IMG/VR virus record: IMGVR_UViG_3300037882_000913
Coordinates: 1 to 58,970 of that record
Length of the DNA stretch: 58,970 nt
Reading direction: 5' to 3' (one strand)
From: a virus
Taxonomy: Duplodnaviria; Caudoviricetes
Both the position numbers and the translations under genes were made by a program. The notes under the pieces are model-generated. The model searched no databases. It saw only the letters and a list, made by a program, of their open reading frames with translations, and was not told the origin of the DNA. Positions 28,737 to 39,682 of the stretch are shown here, piece after piece (the stretch's first letter is position 1; each line of letters starts with the position of its first letter).

Positions 28737-29489
28737 ATGAAACTACTATTCACGTTCTCCGTCGATAAGGAGCAAGAGGTTGAGAAGAAAACAGAAACAG
28801 TAAATGAGGCGGGTAATACCGTGACCGTTACTGAAAAGGTCAAAGAGCAGGCTCCAGTGGAGTTCTGTTTGCGTAAACCTAGTCGCGTTATGTCTGATGA
28901 CGCGGACCTATATTATCACTGCCAAGTCAGCAAGGGCTTAAGCGCGGGGCTATTATCAATGGCTTTGATTAGCAAGCGTTTAGCTAATGACGGAGGAATC
29001 TTTACAGAAGAGGAAAAGAGAGAGTTCGACCGCAAACACGCAGAGCTTTTCACGAAGAAACTGGCGTTTCAAAAGCTCGTATCCACCCCAGACAGCGAGA
29101 AACTAGAAGGTCACAGCGCGAAAACAGAAGCTTTGCAAGTTGAGATTCGCGAGCTTGTCAGAGAAATTCAGAAGTTTGAGCTAGAGAACCAAAGCATGTT
29201 TACTAGTTCGGCAGAAGTCCGCGCTCGTAATAAGGTTGTAGTTTGGTGGTTGGCGGCCCTCTTGTATAAGAAACAGGGGGAAGGTTGGGAGCCGTTTTTC
29301 GAGGGTTCTGACGTTGAAGCGCGTATTGAAGCTTGGAATAAGATGGATGATGAGGATTACGACGAAGAAGAAATGACTTTTCATAATAAGGTCTTCAAAC
29401 AGGCTTTAAGCGCCGTTTCGATTTGGTATCACGGGGCAGCTTCTAATCAGGAGGAGTTTAAGAAAGTCTTCGCTGAACTTGAAGTTTAA
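28737..29489 (+). CDS. Tail assembly chaperone candidate
   Basis: Acidic helical protein upstream of the tape measure. Confidence 0.55.
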   Translation: MKLLFTFSVDKEQEVEKKTETVNEAGNTVTVTEKVKEQAPVEFCLRKPSRVMSDDADLYYHCQVSKGLSAGLLSMALISKRLANDGGIFTEEEKREFDRKHAELFTKKLAFQKLVSTPDSEKLEGHSAKTEALQVEIRELVREIQKFELENQSMFTSSAEVRARNKVVVWWLAALLYKKQGEGWEPFFEGSDVEARIEAWNKMDDEDYDEEEMTFHNKVFKQALSAVSIWYHGAASNQEEFKKVFAELEV

Positions 29490-30447
29490 TAGCGAGAAGA
29501 TATTTTCGGAAGTAATTGCGGGGCGGACTCCAGTTGATTTGGTGGGCCGCCCTGTTTTTTTTCGTCACCTAACTCCTCAGAATCGTGGGGATAGCTCTTA
29601 TTATTATGAAAAGGTAATAGCGCAGTGTGAGGGAATGGGCATCGCTACTAGGGAGAAGAGGCTAGAAGAAGTTAAGGTGGTGGGCACTTGGACAGAGGAA
29701 CATGAAGGAGCTTACTTAAACGCTCAAAGCTACCTAGACAACTTAAACAACACGGTCAAGACGCTTGCTTTGCCATCTCAAGTTGCCGAGATGAAGGGTC
29801 AAATTGAGCAAGCTAAAGAAAAGTTCAGAGAAGTTTCTAGTAACCGGGCCGCCGCTATTGGAATTACGGCAGAACAGTTCGCAGACAAGAAAGCTAACGA
29901 GAAATTTATATTTGATAACTTGTTTGCGGATTCGTGTTGCTCCGCTTCCTTGTTTTCGCCCGATGAATATGACGAACTAGAAGAATCTGATATTGGTAAA
30001 GTAGTAACTGAAATAAATGTTATTGTGGCCGCCTACTCAGATTCATATCTTAAAAAGGCCGCCTTATCTAGATTAGTTCAAGATTTAATACAGATTTCAG
30101 ATGGAGACGCGATGCGATTCTATGGAGTGCCCGCTATTAAACTTACCTATTATCAGATTGAGTTGTTGAATTACGGTAAATGGTTCCAAAGCATACTAGC
30201 AGACCCCAAAAAGAAGCCACCCGCTCATATGATGGACAATCCAGACGCTTTAATTGAGTGGAGCACTGGGCAGAAAAATGCAGCGAGTATCCTGAATGCG
30301 CCGGGGCAAAATGTGGCGATTGTAGGGGCGACTCCAGAAGACCTAAAGGCTATTGCGGGAGAAGACGCTGTAAGTATGGATTCCCTTATTAAAAAGAGCG
30401 GCAAGCAGCGCGGCGCTAATTTGGCAAAAATGTTGGGACACAACTAA
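29479..30447 (+). CDS. Second tail assembly chaperone candidate
   Basis: Directly upstream of the tape measure; TTG start. Confidence 0.55.
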   Translation: MKFNSEKIFSEVIAGRTPVDLVGRPVFFRHLTPQNRGDSSYYYEKVIAQCEGMGIATREKRLEEVKVVGTWTEEHEGAYLNAQSYLDNLNNTVKTLALPSQVAEMKGQIEQAKEKFREVSSNRAAAIGITAEQFADKKANEKFIFDNLFADSCCSASLFSPDEYDELEESDIGKVVTEINVIVAAYSDSYLKKAALSRLVQDLIQISDGDAMRFYGVPAIKLTYYQIELLNYGKWFQSILADPKKKPPAHMMDNPDALIEWSTGQKNAASILNAPGQNVAIVGATPEDLKAIAGEDAVSMDSLIKKSGKQRGANLAKMLGHN

Positions 30448-30488
30448 TAGTTTCGGTGTAATCTATTGGACACCCGGAAAAAGGAAAG

Positions 30489-33400
30489 ATGCCAGACCAA
30501 TCTATAGAACTGATTGCAGACTTAAAACTGCAAAAACCAACGACCGCCGAAAGGCAGATTCGCGAGATTGAACGTAATTTGTTCAAGGGCTCTGGGCGGG
30601 CGGGAGAGCCGCTGGGTCGTCTTACTGGTAAAGTTTCTGAGTTTGACAAATCGTTAGAGGCTGCTAATGCCCGCGTTATCGCGTTCGGAGCATCCGCTGC
30701 GATTATCACAACTGTAACTACCGCTCTGACCCAGATGGTAGTTCAAAGCATTCGCGTTGAGAAAGTCTTGTTGGACATTAACGTATTGTTAGGTCAAAGC
30801 TCCTCCAGTCTTTCTAAATTTAGCGATTCGCTTTTTGAAGTAGCTAAGAATACTGGGCAAAGCTTCTTTGATGTAGCAGAGGCGGCTAAGGAGTTCTCTC
30901 GTCAAGGTTTAGGAGTTCAGGAAACTCTATCGCGCACTGCGGACGCGATGATTCTAACTCGTTTGACTGGACTTGACCTAGTTAAGAGCGTAGAACAATT
31001 AACAGCGAGCGTAAACCAATTCTCTAAAGAGGGAATTACGACGGCAGATGTTATCAACAGGCTTGCTAACGTTGATGCGAAGTTCGCCGTATCTGCTAAA
31101 GATTTGTCGGAAGGTTTGAGTCGTGCGGGTTCCGTAGCGCAAGACGCGGGAGCGTCATTCAACGAACTTATCGCGCTAGTAACCGCCGTTCAGCAAAGAA
31201 CCGCTCGCGGTGGTGCTGTCATTGGTAACGCGCTCAAAACCATTTTCACTCGTGTCTCCCGCTCTGACACTCTTGATTCTCTTGAAAAACTAGGAATTGG
31301 AGTCCGCGACCTAGAGGGAAATACTCTACCCGCAATCCGAATCCTAAGCGAGCTTTCCCAGAAATATGATGAAATGTCTTCTTCGCAGAGGGCGTTTACT
31401 TCTGAGCTAGTTGGCGGCGGCTATCAGATTAACATTGTAAAGAGCTTATTCGATGATTTAGGCCGCACTGTTCCAGAGTATGCTAAGGCGTTGGATGTGG
31501 CGGGTCGCTCTACGGACGAAGCTTACCAACGTAACGAATTGCTCAATAAGAGCTTTGCGTCGCTTGCGAATGAAGCTGGACAGAACTTAACTAAGCTAGC
31601 GGCCTCTTTTGGTAGCTTGACTTTCGGCCCAGCGCTCAAGAATATCTTTAGCGTCATTAACGGGGCGGGCGACTCTATTGATGGAAACGCTTTCTTGGAA
31701 GCGGGCGCGAAGGTTGGAAAGGGCTTAATAACGGGCATTGGCGACTTCATCGGCGGCCCCGGCCTAATCTACTTAATTTCCCTTATCGGCAAGTTAGGTA
31801 AAAAGTTTGGAACTTTCGCCAAAGATTCTCTTACGGATGTTCTATCTATTGGGGCTCCTAACGCGAAGATTCTTGATACGCAAAAGGGCATTGTAGATTT
31901 AGTTAATAACGAAGCTCGCGCCCATGACATTGTTAATAATGCACTATTAACTCAGGTTCAAAAAGAGCAACAGTTAATCCTTCTCATTAAAGAGAAAGTG
32001 GCCGCTCAAGCCGCTTATAAAAATGAAACACTCGCGTTATCAACCTCGTTGGTTGGTCGGGGAGTTGCATTCAAACCATCTACAGGTCAATTTAAGACAA
32101 AAGCGGGCGGCCATATGCCCCTTCCTATCTCGTCGGTCCCACAAGAAGCCATCCAAAGGGAAATTGTGGGGGCGAAGCAGGCGGGCTACAATATCCGCGC
32201 TTCTGACGTGCGCGTGATGCGGGCCAGCATCGACGGAAAAAGCACAACAGTTGTTTATAATAACAAAGAGAAGGTTATCCATGATTATATGGGGAGCGGG
32301 GAGCCTGCGATTATTCCGCCTACTGGTAGAATCAATAATTATTTTGACGGAACGACAACGAGGGCTTTTAAAAACTCATTAGGGGGCATTGGACTAAAAA
32401 TAAAAAATACGGGCTCCTATCTTGATTATTCTGCTGATAGAGCTAGCAAACAGTATCTTATCGAAGGAGTTGAGTCTCAGCAAAAAGGAGATGCCAGAAC
32501 CCTGTTTGAGACGTTAGCTAAAAAAGCTCAGAAAAAGGGCTTTTCTATAGAGTCCGGTTCTTTTATCCCACAGTTAGATAGAATAGACCCATTAACTTTC
32601 GATACTAACTCAAAAGTTGATAATCTTTATAAGCTTTTCCCACAGCTTCGTTACAGAAAAGGACTTGGCAATACTAGCGGCGACGTATTTTTGCCTACTG
32701 GCTCTACGAGCATTAAAACTCCATTTGGTTCTCTCGATGAATTAGAGTCTCTTGTCCAAAAACAATCTAATACCAAGCAAATAAGATTTGGAGGCGTCTC
32801 GACTCGGTTCGCCGCTGGAAGGATTGGTAACTATGCTGGTGGCATCGCAAGACCGGGACCATCCCTAACCGGAACTTTTGGCTCACTATCAGCCGACGCG
32901 GGTGCTAGACAAGCTTTCAGCGAGTCTGTATATATCCTAAGTAAAAAACTTGGCATCCCAGCTAATAAAATAGCATCAACAATAATTAGCGACAAGAATT
33001 TCAGGGGATTTGACGCGGCGTATTTTCAAAATGAAAATTTGATTAAAGTTGGCGCTCCGTCAATTAAAAACAGAGACACTATTAATAGACTTAAAGTGCC
33101 ATCAGTTGGGGCTTTAGGCAGGGGCGAGAGTTTGGGGCAAACGGCTGGGGGTATTATTGCCCACGAATATTTCCACAACGCGTATAGAACGAAACAGGAG
33201 GCCGCCCTTGGGTTTGCGAAAGAGAATGGCCTATTCATTCCTCGTGACGCGAGGCACGCCCTAGATTATCTTCAAGACGTAAAAGGCTACTCGAAACATT
33301 CATCAAGGGAATATAAAAGCTATGCGATAGAAGAGGCTCTTGCTACGCAGTTTGGCAAAGTAATTGGGTTTACTCAACACGCGGGCGGCCACATGCCCGA

Positions 33401-36400
33401 CTATAAAAATTTCGCAGCCTCCCCAAAAATCCCAAAACAACTTGATTACATAAAAAATAATCAAAAGTTGGGCGGCGTTGAATTTAAGAAGAAGGGCGGC
33501 GCACTTATCTTGGATATGGTTACTAGTGGCCGCGATGCCGAAGGCAATCGCTTAAAGGGCACTGGTATTCTTGATTTTGCCTTTAAACAACTATTTTCCA
33601 TTGCCCAGAAATCGGGAATCAAAGAGGTTGGTATGACTCCTATTAATGGGCGCGTCATCAATAAGGCGCAGCGCCTATTTGGGACTCGCGACTCAAGGGG
33701 CAAGCCAATTGATTTCGGAAATGATATTCGGTTGAATGTGGCGAAGTATGCGGGTAAGGTGATGAATGCTGCGGGCGGCTCTTTCAATCCAGCACGAGTT
33801 ATAAAACAAGGAGGCTTCGTAAAAGGAGCGAACAAACCAACGTTAAGCGGAATGGGAGAAATCCTATCTAGTATTGGTATTAAAGGAGACTTTAAAAGCG
33901 CGTCTGGTATAGAAGCTGCACTTAGGGATAAAAGCTCTAAGAAGAAACTCTTTGATTATTTAAAGAGTCGCCCGATAAGTGTAAGCTCGTTCCCTGATAA
34001 ATATTTTGAGATAGGGGATGGAAACCACAGAAAAGCTTTAGCTGATTTGGCGGGTATTAAAAATATACCTTCGTATCTTAATGCGGCGGGAGGACTGTCG
34101 GCCCAAAGAAATCTAATTAGACTTCCAAAAGGTTTTGAAGCGAAAAAGAGCGGCCCTAAAACTCTAAAAGAGAAACTTGCAGACGCTTACGCGAGCGCTA
34201 ATGTGGCGGCTCAAAAATTCGCTATTAAAGCTAATCCTTATGCGGCTTACGCTGACGACGCCATTGGATTTGTTCGTGGAATGTTTGGGTTTTCTGGGGG
34301 ATATATGAATGCCGCCCTTGGCTTCTCATCCGCCGAACTCCAAGGAATGTCCAAAAAAGACCTGTTGACGACCGCTCAACAACTTGGTATCCCAATTACG
34401 CCTGAGATAAAAAAATCTAATGCGGCGAGTTTGGCGAAATTAATTAGCGGCTCTAAGCAGCATAAGCAACTAGTTAGCCAAGAAAGAAGAGTAAAGGCCC
34501 GCGAGGGTGCGGCTCTGTCTAGTAACCTAGCGACAACTAGAGGGTTTCAAGCCCAATTAAAATTGACCGACACGGACGCTGTAGGACGACCTATCAATAT
34601 TAATCGTGTTACGCCGCCGCCGACAGAAGCTCAGAAGCTCGCAGAACTAGAGCGAGTCGTAAATCCCGGCGCTTTCTCCCCTTATTCAAAGGCTCAATTG
34701 GCACTTGGTCAAGCAGAATCAGCGAACCCAAGTTTGCCACAACGAACTCCAGAAGAACTAATACAAAGAAAAATTCAGGGAGCTAAAATCCGTGCGGAAA
34801 GAGCGGAGTCCGTAAGACAGAGGGCGATAGCGAACGCGAGAGCTAGGCTCGCGTCAAGAGACATTATTTCTGGCGCGGCGGCGGCTGGAATGACTGCAAA
34901 TCGCGCCCCCTCTCGTTTGAGTGGGCTAGGACTTCCAATCCAAAGCGGACCAAATCCCGTCCTAACCCCACGGGCTATAGAACTTGCCAAAGAAAGGCAA
35001 ATGGTTTCCAATCGCGTGCGGAATGAGCGGGGCTCACGCTTGACTTCTTCTCAATTAGAGCAGCTTCGAGCCGAATCTGGTTCAGGGCTCAAAACTAGAC
35101 AAGCGCAAGAAGCCGCTCGCCAGAAAGCTTATGCAGGTAGTGTAGAGGGGGTTGCCGCAAGACTAACAACCGCAGGAATAGCAAATCCTATTTCTAGCAC
35201 CTATCAGCAAGCTCCGCTTATTCCATTTTTAGGGCGTCCCGGTGCTCCGGGGGCGGCTCCCGGCACTGCCGCTGCCCAAGGGGGTCGCGGTGGAAGTTCT
35301 GGTGGTGGACCTCCGATAATTCCTCCAGTAGTGCCGCCATCGGGAGATTCCCCTCAAAAACGTTCGCTTTTATCGCGAGCTACTTCATTTGAAAAACCAG
35401 AACGCAACGCTAGGTTTTCCAGCGGAGCGTTTGCGCTTTCGTTCGCGGCCCCTTTAATTGGTGGAGTCGCAGCGGAAACTTTCGGTTCAAAAGACCCATC
35501 CGACCAACGCTCTAATCGCAAAATTCAAGGTATTGCATCGGGTATTGGAACTGGAGCGGCGCTAGGAGCTATTGTGGGCGGGCCTTTGGGCGCTGGTATC
35601 GGCCTTGCCGTCGCTGGATTTACTTCCCTCAAAGCGATTCTTGACAATACCGTTTTATCTTTTGACGACTTAAACGAAAAATCAAAAATACAATCAGAAG
35701 CGTCTCAAAGAATTATTTCCGGCATCGCTGGCTATGCTAACGCGCTAGAGACTCTTCAAAATGAATCACTGGACCCAAATCAGCGCAGAAGCGTCGAACG
35801 CCAAGGCCAGAAATCTTTGTCGTTACTTTCACAAGCGGATAAAGAAGAGTTGATAGCGGCGGGAACAGATTTCAAAAAAATTCAAGAGATTAACTCTAGG
35901 CAGTCTGAGCGGGCGAGTCGGGCCGACGCTGGGCTAGAATTGCCGAAATTAGTTAATTCGCTTAGGTCTAAAAAGGGAGACGGATTAGGAAACAGCATTC
36001 TTCTCAGCACTATTTTGGAGGCCGGGAAGCCTAATGAGGAGATTGACGAGAAAGAGTTGGATAGAAATCTAGCGGAACTCAAAAAACTGCCGAATCAAAG
36101 AGACGCCGTTAAAGGGATAAGTTCTCAGAGCGACGCTTACCGCAGACTTCAAGAACTAAAATCTCAAAAAACTGAAAAAAGAGAAGCTGTTCTAACGACT
36201 CTGGGACTAAAACCGTCTGATATAGCGGAATTTACCAGTCAAATTAATCAGGCGTCAGAAGCGCAGCGAGACGAATTTGATAAGTTGCTTCTGTCTGTAA
36301 AAAAGGGGTTAAATACCAGAGACGCTTTCAAAGCTTTCTCCGCTAATCTAGTAGAGGCTCAAAAAGACACCAGTAAAAGTCTATCTTCAATTCGTCGCAG

Positions 36401-38087
36401 TATTAATACAGAATCTTTAGCTGGACAACGTGCATCCGAGCTAGATTCAATTAAAAAGGACGGGTCGCGGAGCCGCGCTTCGTCGGTGTCTGACTTGACT
36501 TTTTCCACGTTGCGCTCGCGCTTGTCCGACGCCGAACCTTATCTTTCCGCGCCTACGTCTATTCGACTACAGAGCGAAGCGGACATTGCCCAAAAAACAG
36601 AAGGAACAAATAGGGAAATCACGAAACTCAACGAAGATAGAGCAAAAGCTATTCAAGGAAGCCTATCAGAAACGAAAAGAATCCTTACTGAAATTCCTGA
36701 TGGGGTTATCAATAAAATAAATGACCGCAAGGGCGCGTTGGGACTTGTCGAAAAAGTGGGCGGCGCTAAAACTTCTACGGCGGCATTAGAGTCTATTAGC
36801 AAGTTCGGTGCCTTGATAAAAGATTCAGAAGACCCTGAAACAAAAGCTTTCTATGAGAAATTGCTCGAACTATCAAAGCAGCAAAAAAGCGCGCTAGAGG
36901 GAATTGAGGAAAAATCAATAGAAACAGTTAATCAACTGCGATTGCAACTTGCTTTGGATAAAGCTGGCATAAAATCTGAAACCAACAGACAACTTAACAG
37001 AAAAGCTTTTCAAACTTCTTTGACCCAATTTAACCCTATAGACGTTCTCAAAAACGGACAACAATTTGGGGATATTGCGGCAGCCGCTAAAAAAAGAGTT
37101 TTCGATGGACTGGTTGACCCATCTGAATCCACTAACCAAAGATTTGCGCTCAGATACGGAACAGCGGAAGAAAAACGAAAAATACAAGATGAAGTCAGAG
37201 CAAAAGCTTTAGAGTCATCGGGAGTCAGGGCTCGTGGAATTATACAGGAGTTCTCAAGTGGTTCATTATCAAGCCCAGAGGAAATAGCAGACCAAAGAGA
37301 AAGCCTTTCTAAGAGTTTATATTTAATAGATAGTCCGGTCGGACCAGACGACAAGACCCGCATAAATAACTCTCGCAAGTCTGGAGGCGTTTATCTTGAG
37401 CCTACCTACGGAATTCCCGGCCTTGCCGCGATTCCTAATTTTTCTAAAGAGTTTTTAGCGCAAGGGGCTACCCTTTCGGACGTAGAAAAAACCAGAGAGT
37501 CTAAGAGAAAGCAATTAAAGAATGACTTAATTATCCAAGGGTTCTCAGCGGTGACATCTCAGGCCGACGCAGAAACTTCGCCATTTCTGGATGCTTTGTC
37601 TGGCGGCAAGTATGGATACGGAAGCGGCCTGTCAAAGTCAATATCATCGCAGATAAATTCAGGCAAGTTCCGAGATGCGGAGCAACAACTTACAGCCCTA
37701 TACCCAAGACTCAACAATGCTGGCAAACAAGAATTAGGTGGACAGGGTGGCATTATATCTAAGCTGCGAATCGCCCAACAGAACCTCGAAGCTACCGCAA
37801 GAAAAGCGGATACAGAATCTAAAAAGGCCGCTGGAGGCGATGACAAACCAATAACGATTAAGTTTGATAAGAGTGCGGAGGATACTATAAATAAGCTCGT
37901 TCCAAAAGAAAGCAAAACCCCTCCGTCTATATCTATCCCCACAACTGTATCAGTCACAACTACAGGAGGCGTATCAGAAAAAGATGGGCAGCAAGCCGGG
38001 GAAGCAATCAAAAATCAACTGGCGTCCGTAACTGAGTTCCTTTCCCAAAAGTTTGGATACGCAGAAGTTCCTAAAGCTACCGCATAA
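30489..38087 (+). CDS. Tape measure protein with embedded cargo domains
   Basis: TP901-like TMP core (EFSRQG, RGGAVIGNALKTIFTR); TM segments near 35420-35640; internal HEYFH and DGNHR motifs. Confidence 0.92.
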   Translation: MPDQSIELIADLKLQKPTTAERQIREIERNLFKGSGRAGEPLGRLTGKVSEFDKSLEAANARVIAFGASAAIITTVTTALTQMVVQSIRVEKVLLDINVLLGQSSSSLSKFSDSLFEVAKNTGQSFFDVAEAAKEFSRQGLGVQETLSRTADAMILTRLTGLDLVKSVEQLTASVNQFSKEGITTADVINRLANVDAKFAVSAKDLSEGLSRAGSVAQDAGASFNELIALVTAVQQRTARGGAVIGNALKTIFTRVSRSDTLDSLEKLGIGVRDLEGNTLPAIRILSELSQKYDEMSSSQRAFTSELVGGGYQINIVKSLFDDLGRTVPEYAKALDVAGRSTDEAYQRNELLNKSFASLANEAGQNLTKLAASFGSLTFGPALKNIFSVINGAGDSIDGNAFLEAGAKVGKGLITGIGDFIGGPGLIYLISLIGKLGKKFGTFAKDSLTDVLSIGAPNAKILDTQKGIVDLVNNEARAHDIVNNALLTQVQKEQQLILLIKEKVAAQAAYKNETLALSTSLVGRGVAFKPSTGQFKTKAGGHMPLPISSVPQEAIQREIVGAKQAGYNIRASDVRVMRASIDGKSTTVVYNNKEKVIHDYMGSGEPAIIPPTGRINNYFDGTTTRAFKNSLGGIGLKIKNTGSYLDYSADRASKQYLIEGVESQQKGDARTLFETLAKKAQKKGFSIESGSFIPQLDRIDPLTFDTNSKVDNLYKLFPQLRYRKGLGNTSGDVFLPTGSTSIKTPFGSLDELESLVQKQSNTKQIRFGGVSTRFAAGRIGNYAGGIARPGPSLTGTFGSLSADAGARQAFSESVYILSKKLGIPANKIASTIISDKNFRGFDAAYFQNENLIKVGAPSIKNRDTINRLKVPSVGALGRGESLGQTAGGIIAHEYFHNAYRTKQEAALGFAKENGLFIPRDARHALDYLQDVKGYSKHSSREYKSYAIEEALATQFGKVIGFTQHAGGHMPDYKNFAASPKIPKQLDYIKNNQKLGGVEFKKKGGALILDMVTSGRDAEGNRLKGTGILDFAFKQLFSIAQKSGIKEVGMTPINGRVINKAQRLFGTRDSRGKPIDFGNDIRLNVAKYAGKVMNAAGGSFNPARVIKQGGFVKGANKPTLSGMGEILSSIGIKGDFKSASGIEAALRDKSSKKKLFDYLKSRPISVSSFPDKYFEIGDGNHRKALADLAGIKNIPSYLNAAGGLSAQRNLIRLPKGFEAKKSGPKTLKEKLADAYASANVAAQKFAIKANPYAAYADDAIGFVRGMFGFSGGYMNAALGFSSAELQGMSKKDLLTTAQQLGIPITPEIKKSNAASLAKLISGSKQHKQLVSQERRVKAREGAALSSNLATTRGFQAQLKLTDTDAVGRPININRVTPPPTEAQKLAELERVVNPGAFSPYSKAQLALGQAESANPSLPQRTPEELIQRKIQGAKIRAERAESVRQRAIANARARLASRDIISGAAAAGMTANRAPSRLSGLGLPIQSGPNPVLTPRAIELAKERQMVSNRVRNERGSRLTSSQLEQLRAESGSGLKTRQAQEAARQKAYAGSVEGVAARLTTAGIANPISSTYQQAPLIPFLGRPGAPGAAPGTAAAQGGRGGSSGGGPPIIPPVVPPSGDSPQKRSLLSRATSFEKPERNARFSSGAFALSFAAPLIGGVAAETFGSKDPSDQRSNRKIQGIASGIGTGAALGAIVGGPLGAGIGLAVAGFTSLKAILDNTVLSFDDLNEKSKIQSEASQRIISGIAGYANALETLQNESLDPNQRRSVERQGQKSLSLLSQADKEELIAAGTDFKKIQEINSRQSERASRADAGLELPKLVNSLRSKKGDGLGNSILLSTILEAGKPNEEIDEKELDRNLAELKKLPNQRDAVKGISSQSDAYRRLQELKSQKTEKREAVLTTLGLKPSDIAEFTSQINQASEAQRDEFDKLLLSVKKGLNTRDAFKAFSANLVEAQKDTSKSLSSIRRSINTESLAGQRASELDSIKKDGSRSRASSVSDLTFSTLRSRLSDAEPYLSAPTSIRLQSEADIAQKTEGTNREITKLNEDRAKAIQGSLSETKRILTEIPDGVINKINDRKGALGLVEKVGGAKTSTAALESISKFGALIKDSEDPETKAFYEKLLELSKQQKSALEGIEEKSIETVNQLRLQLALDKAGIKSETNRQLNRKAFQTSLTQFNPIDVLKNGQQFGDIAAAAKKRVFDGLVDPSESTNQRFALRYGTAEEKRKIQDEVRAKALESSGVRARGIIQEFSSGSLSSPEEIADQRESLSKSLYLIDSPVGPDDKTRINNSRKSGGVYLEPTYGIPGLAAIPNFSKEFLAQGATLSDVEKTRESKRKQLKNDLIIQGFSAVTSQADAETSPFLDALSGGKYGYGSGLSKSISSQINSGKFRDAEQQLTALYPRLNNAGKQELGGQGGIISKLRIAQQNLEATARKADTESKKAAGGDDKPITIKFDKSAEDTINKLVPKESKTPPSISIPTTVSVTTTGGVSEKDGQQAGEAIKNQLASVTEFLSQKFGYAEVPKATA

Positions 38088-39682
38088 TGGCCCTGTATTT
38101 CACAAACGTTAAACTCCTAGAATACACTCATACACCAGTGTCTCTAAGCGCGGGCTTGCGTTATCGTATTGAGAAGCAATTCAAAATTACTGGCAGGCTA
38201 CTAGACGAGACTTATAGCGGCCCACTCGCGCTATTCCAGCAGCAGGATTTACTATTAGGAGGAGCGGTGGACTATCAGGATATTAACCTAAACGGCGTGT
38301 CTTTTGGGGCGGGCAAAGTCCAATCAATTTCCTTTAGCGGCGGAACTATGGTTCGCACCGAAGATTACGAATACTCCATCGTTTGTTATGACGAAGGTAT
38401 ACTGACAAATGGTTCTGGGGGCGTTTACTCTGGTATAAGCTGGACGGATACAGACGAAATCGAAGAACTTTCCGAAAGTTTCGATTATTCGGAAAATGAA
38501 GAGGGTGATAAAGAATATACGCACTCTTTTGGGGTTAAATATGCAATTAGAACCACAGAAGCGGCGGTAATCGCCAGCGGCAAAGCGTTGGCCGCCTCTT
38601 TCCTTTCCGCTGCGTCGGGCCTAACTCAGTTTCTAAACTCCTACGCGGGCCTTTCTGGGGCGCGTCGGCTGTATTCGGAAGAATATAACACAGTTGAAGG
38701 CTCGGTTAGTATAACAGAAGTTCTGTCTTTACCAAAGACCGCCGCTAGTGGCTATTCATATTCCTATGAGTATAAAATGGATTTGGGCGAAGACGGCTTT
38801 GTAAACGCTTCGGAATCTCTAAGCATTGAAGGCTTGACTAATCCTCCTTACGCGGGGGCGCGGGCGGGTCAACTCGCGCTAGAGTCTGGGGCGGCTACTC
38901 GCATAGCGAGCGTATTCAGCGCGTATAATTGGAGCGACGCGCCGCTATTCACATCTCCAATCTCTAAGGCCACTTCGATAGACCAGTTTGCGGGCACAGT
39001 TCAAATTACCCAGAACTTTTCCAATAACCCTAAATATCAGACAAATGTAGCTTGGGAAAGGACTATTGAGCTATCTCGCGATGGTGATAACTTTTATAAT
39101 ATCTCTGAGGTGGGCTCGATTCAAGGACTCGGCAAAGAGAGTGAGCGGCTCCCTCGCGCTGTTGCGTTTTTCACGAATCCGGTGCTATCTGGTATCGCGG
39201 CACGAATTGCGACTGCCTACGCGACCACGGGGCGCAGCGAAACACCATTCCAAATCAAGCAATCAAAGTCAAAAAACTCCTTTGCGGGCCGCATTGAATA
39301 CTCTTTTGTTTATACTGATGATAACCGCCTAGCGAACAACGAGATTCGTAAGGAAGAAATTGAAGTAACAGATTCGCTGCCCGTCCACCTAGTTCAGAAA
39401 TACAACATATTCAACGTTAAGGAACTCGTTCAAACGCAGCAGCAAACCACGCTAGGCGGGCTTTCTGTTTCGGTTAAGCTTCGCGGTAAAAGAAACTTAC
39501 CGCTCGCGACCTATCTTGCTCGCGGAGTGGCGATTCTCACTGACACTAAACCGGTAACAGCAGACTCCTATCTTGATTCTTGCGACTATTCAATTTCGCC
39601 CGAATCCAACGAATTTAACCTGAGCGCGTCTTTTGTGTATATAGGCGCACACAAAACTCGCGAAGATATTAGACTGACTTAA
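38087..39682 (+). CDS. Tail tip/distal tail protein
   Basis: Coupled to the tape measure; beta-rich internal repeats. Confidence 0.65.
   Translation: MALYFTNVKLLEYTHTPVSLSAGLRYRIEKQFKITGRLLDETYSGPLALFQQQDLLLGGAVDYQDINLNGVSFGAGKVQSISFSGGTMVRTEDYEYSIVCYDEGILTNGSGGVYSGISWTDTDEIEELSESFDYSENEEGDKEYTHSFGVKYAIRTTEAAVIASGKALAASFLSAASGLTQFLNSYAGLSGARRLYSEEYNTVEGSVSITEVLSLPKTAASGYSYSYEYKMDLGEDGFVNASESLSIEGLTNPPYAGARAGQLALESGAATRIASVFSAYNWSDAPLFTSPISKATSIDQFAGTVQITQNFSNNPKYQTNVAWERTIELSRDGDNFYNISEVGSIQGLGKESERLPRAVAFFTNPVLSGIAARIATAYATTGRSETPFQIKQSKSKNSFAGRIEYSFVYTDDNRLANNEIRKEEIEVTDSLPVHLVQKYNIFNVKELVQTQQQTTLGGLSVSVKLRGKRNLPLATYLARGVAILTDTKPVTADSYLDSCDYSISPESNEFNLSASFVYIGAHKTREDIRLT

Noticed and set aside
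29440-29490. Programmed -1 frameshift between tail chaperone genes
   Set aside because: The downstream ORF is in the +1 frame and no XXXYYYZ slippery heptamer is evident
30917-38011. Antisense ORFs within the tape measure gene
   Set aside because: Shadow frames of a long gene with no independent support
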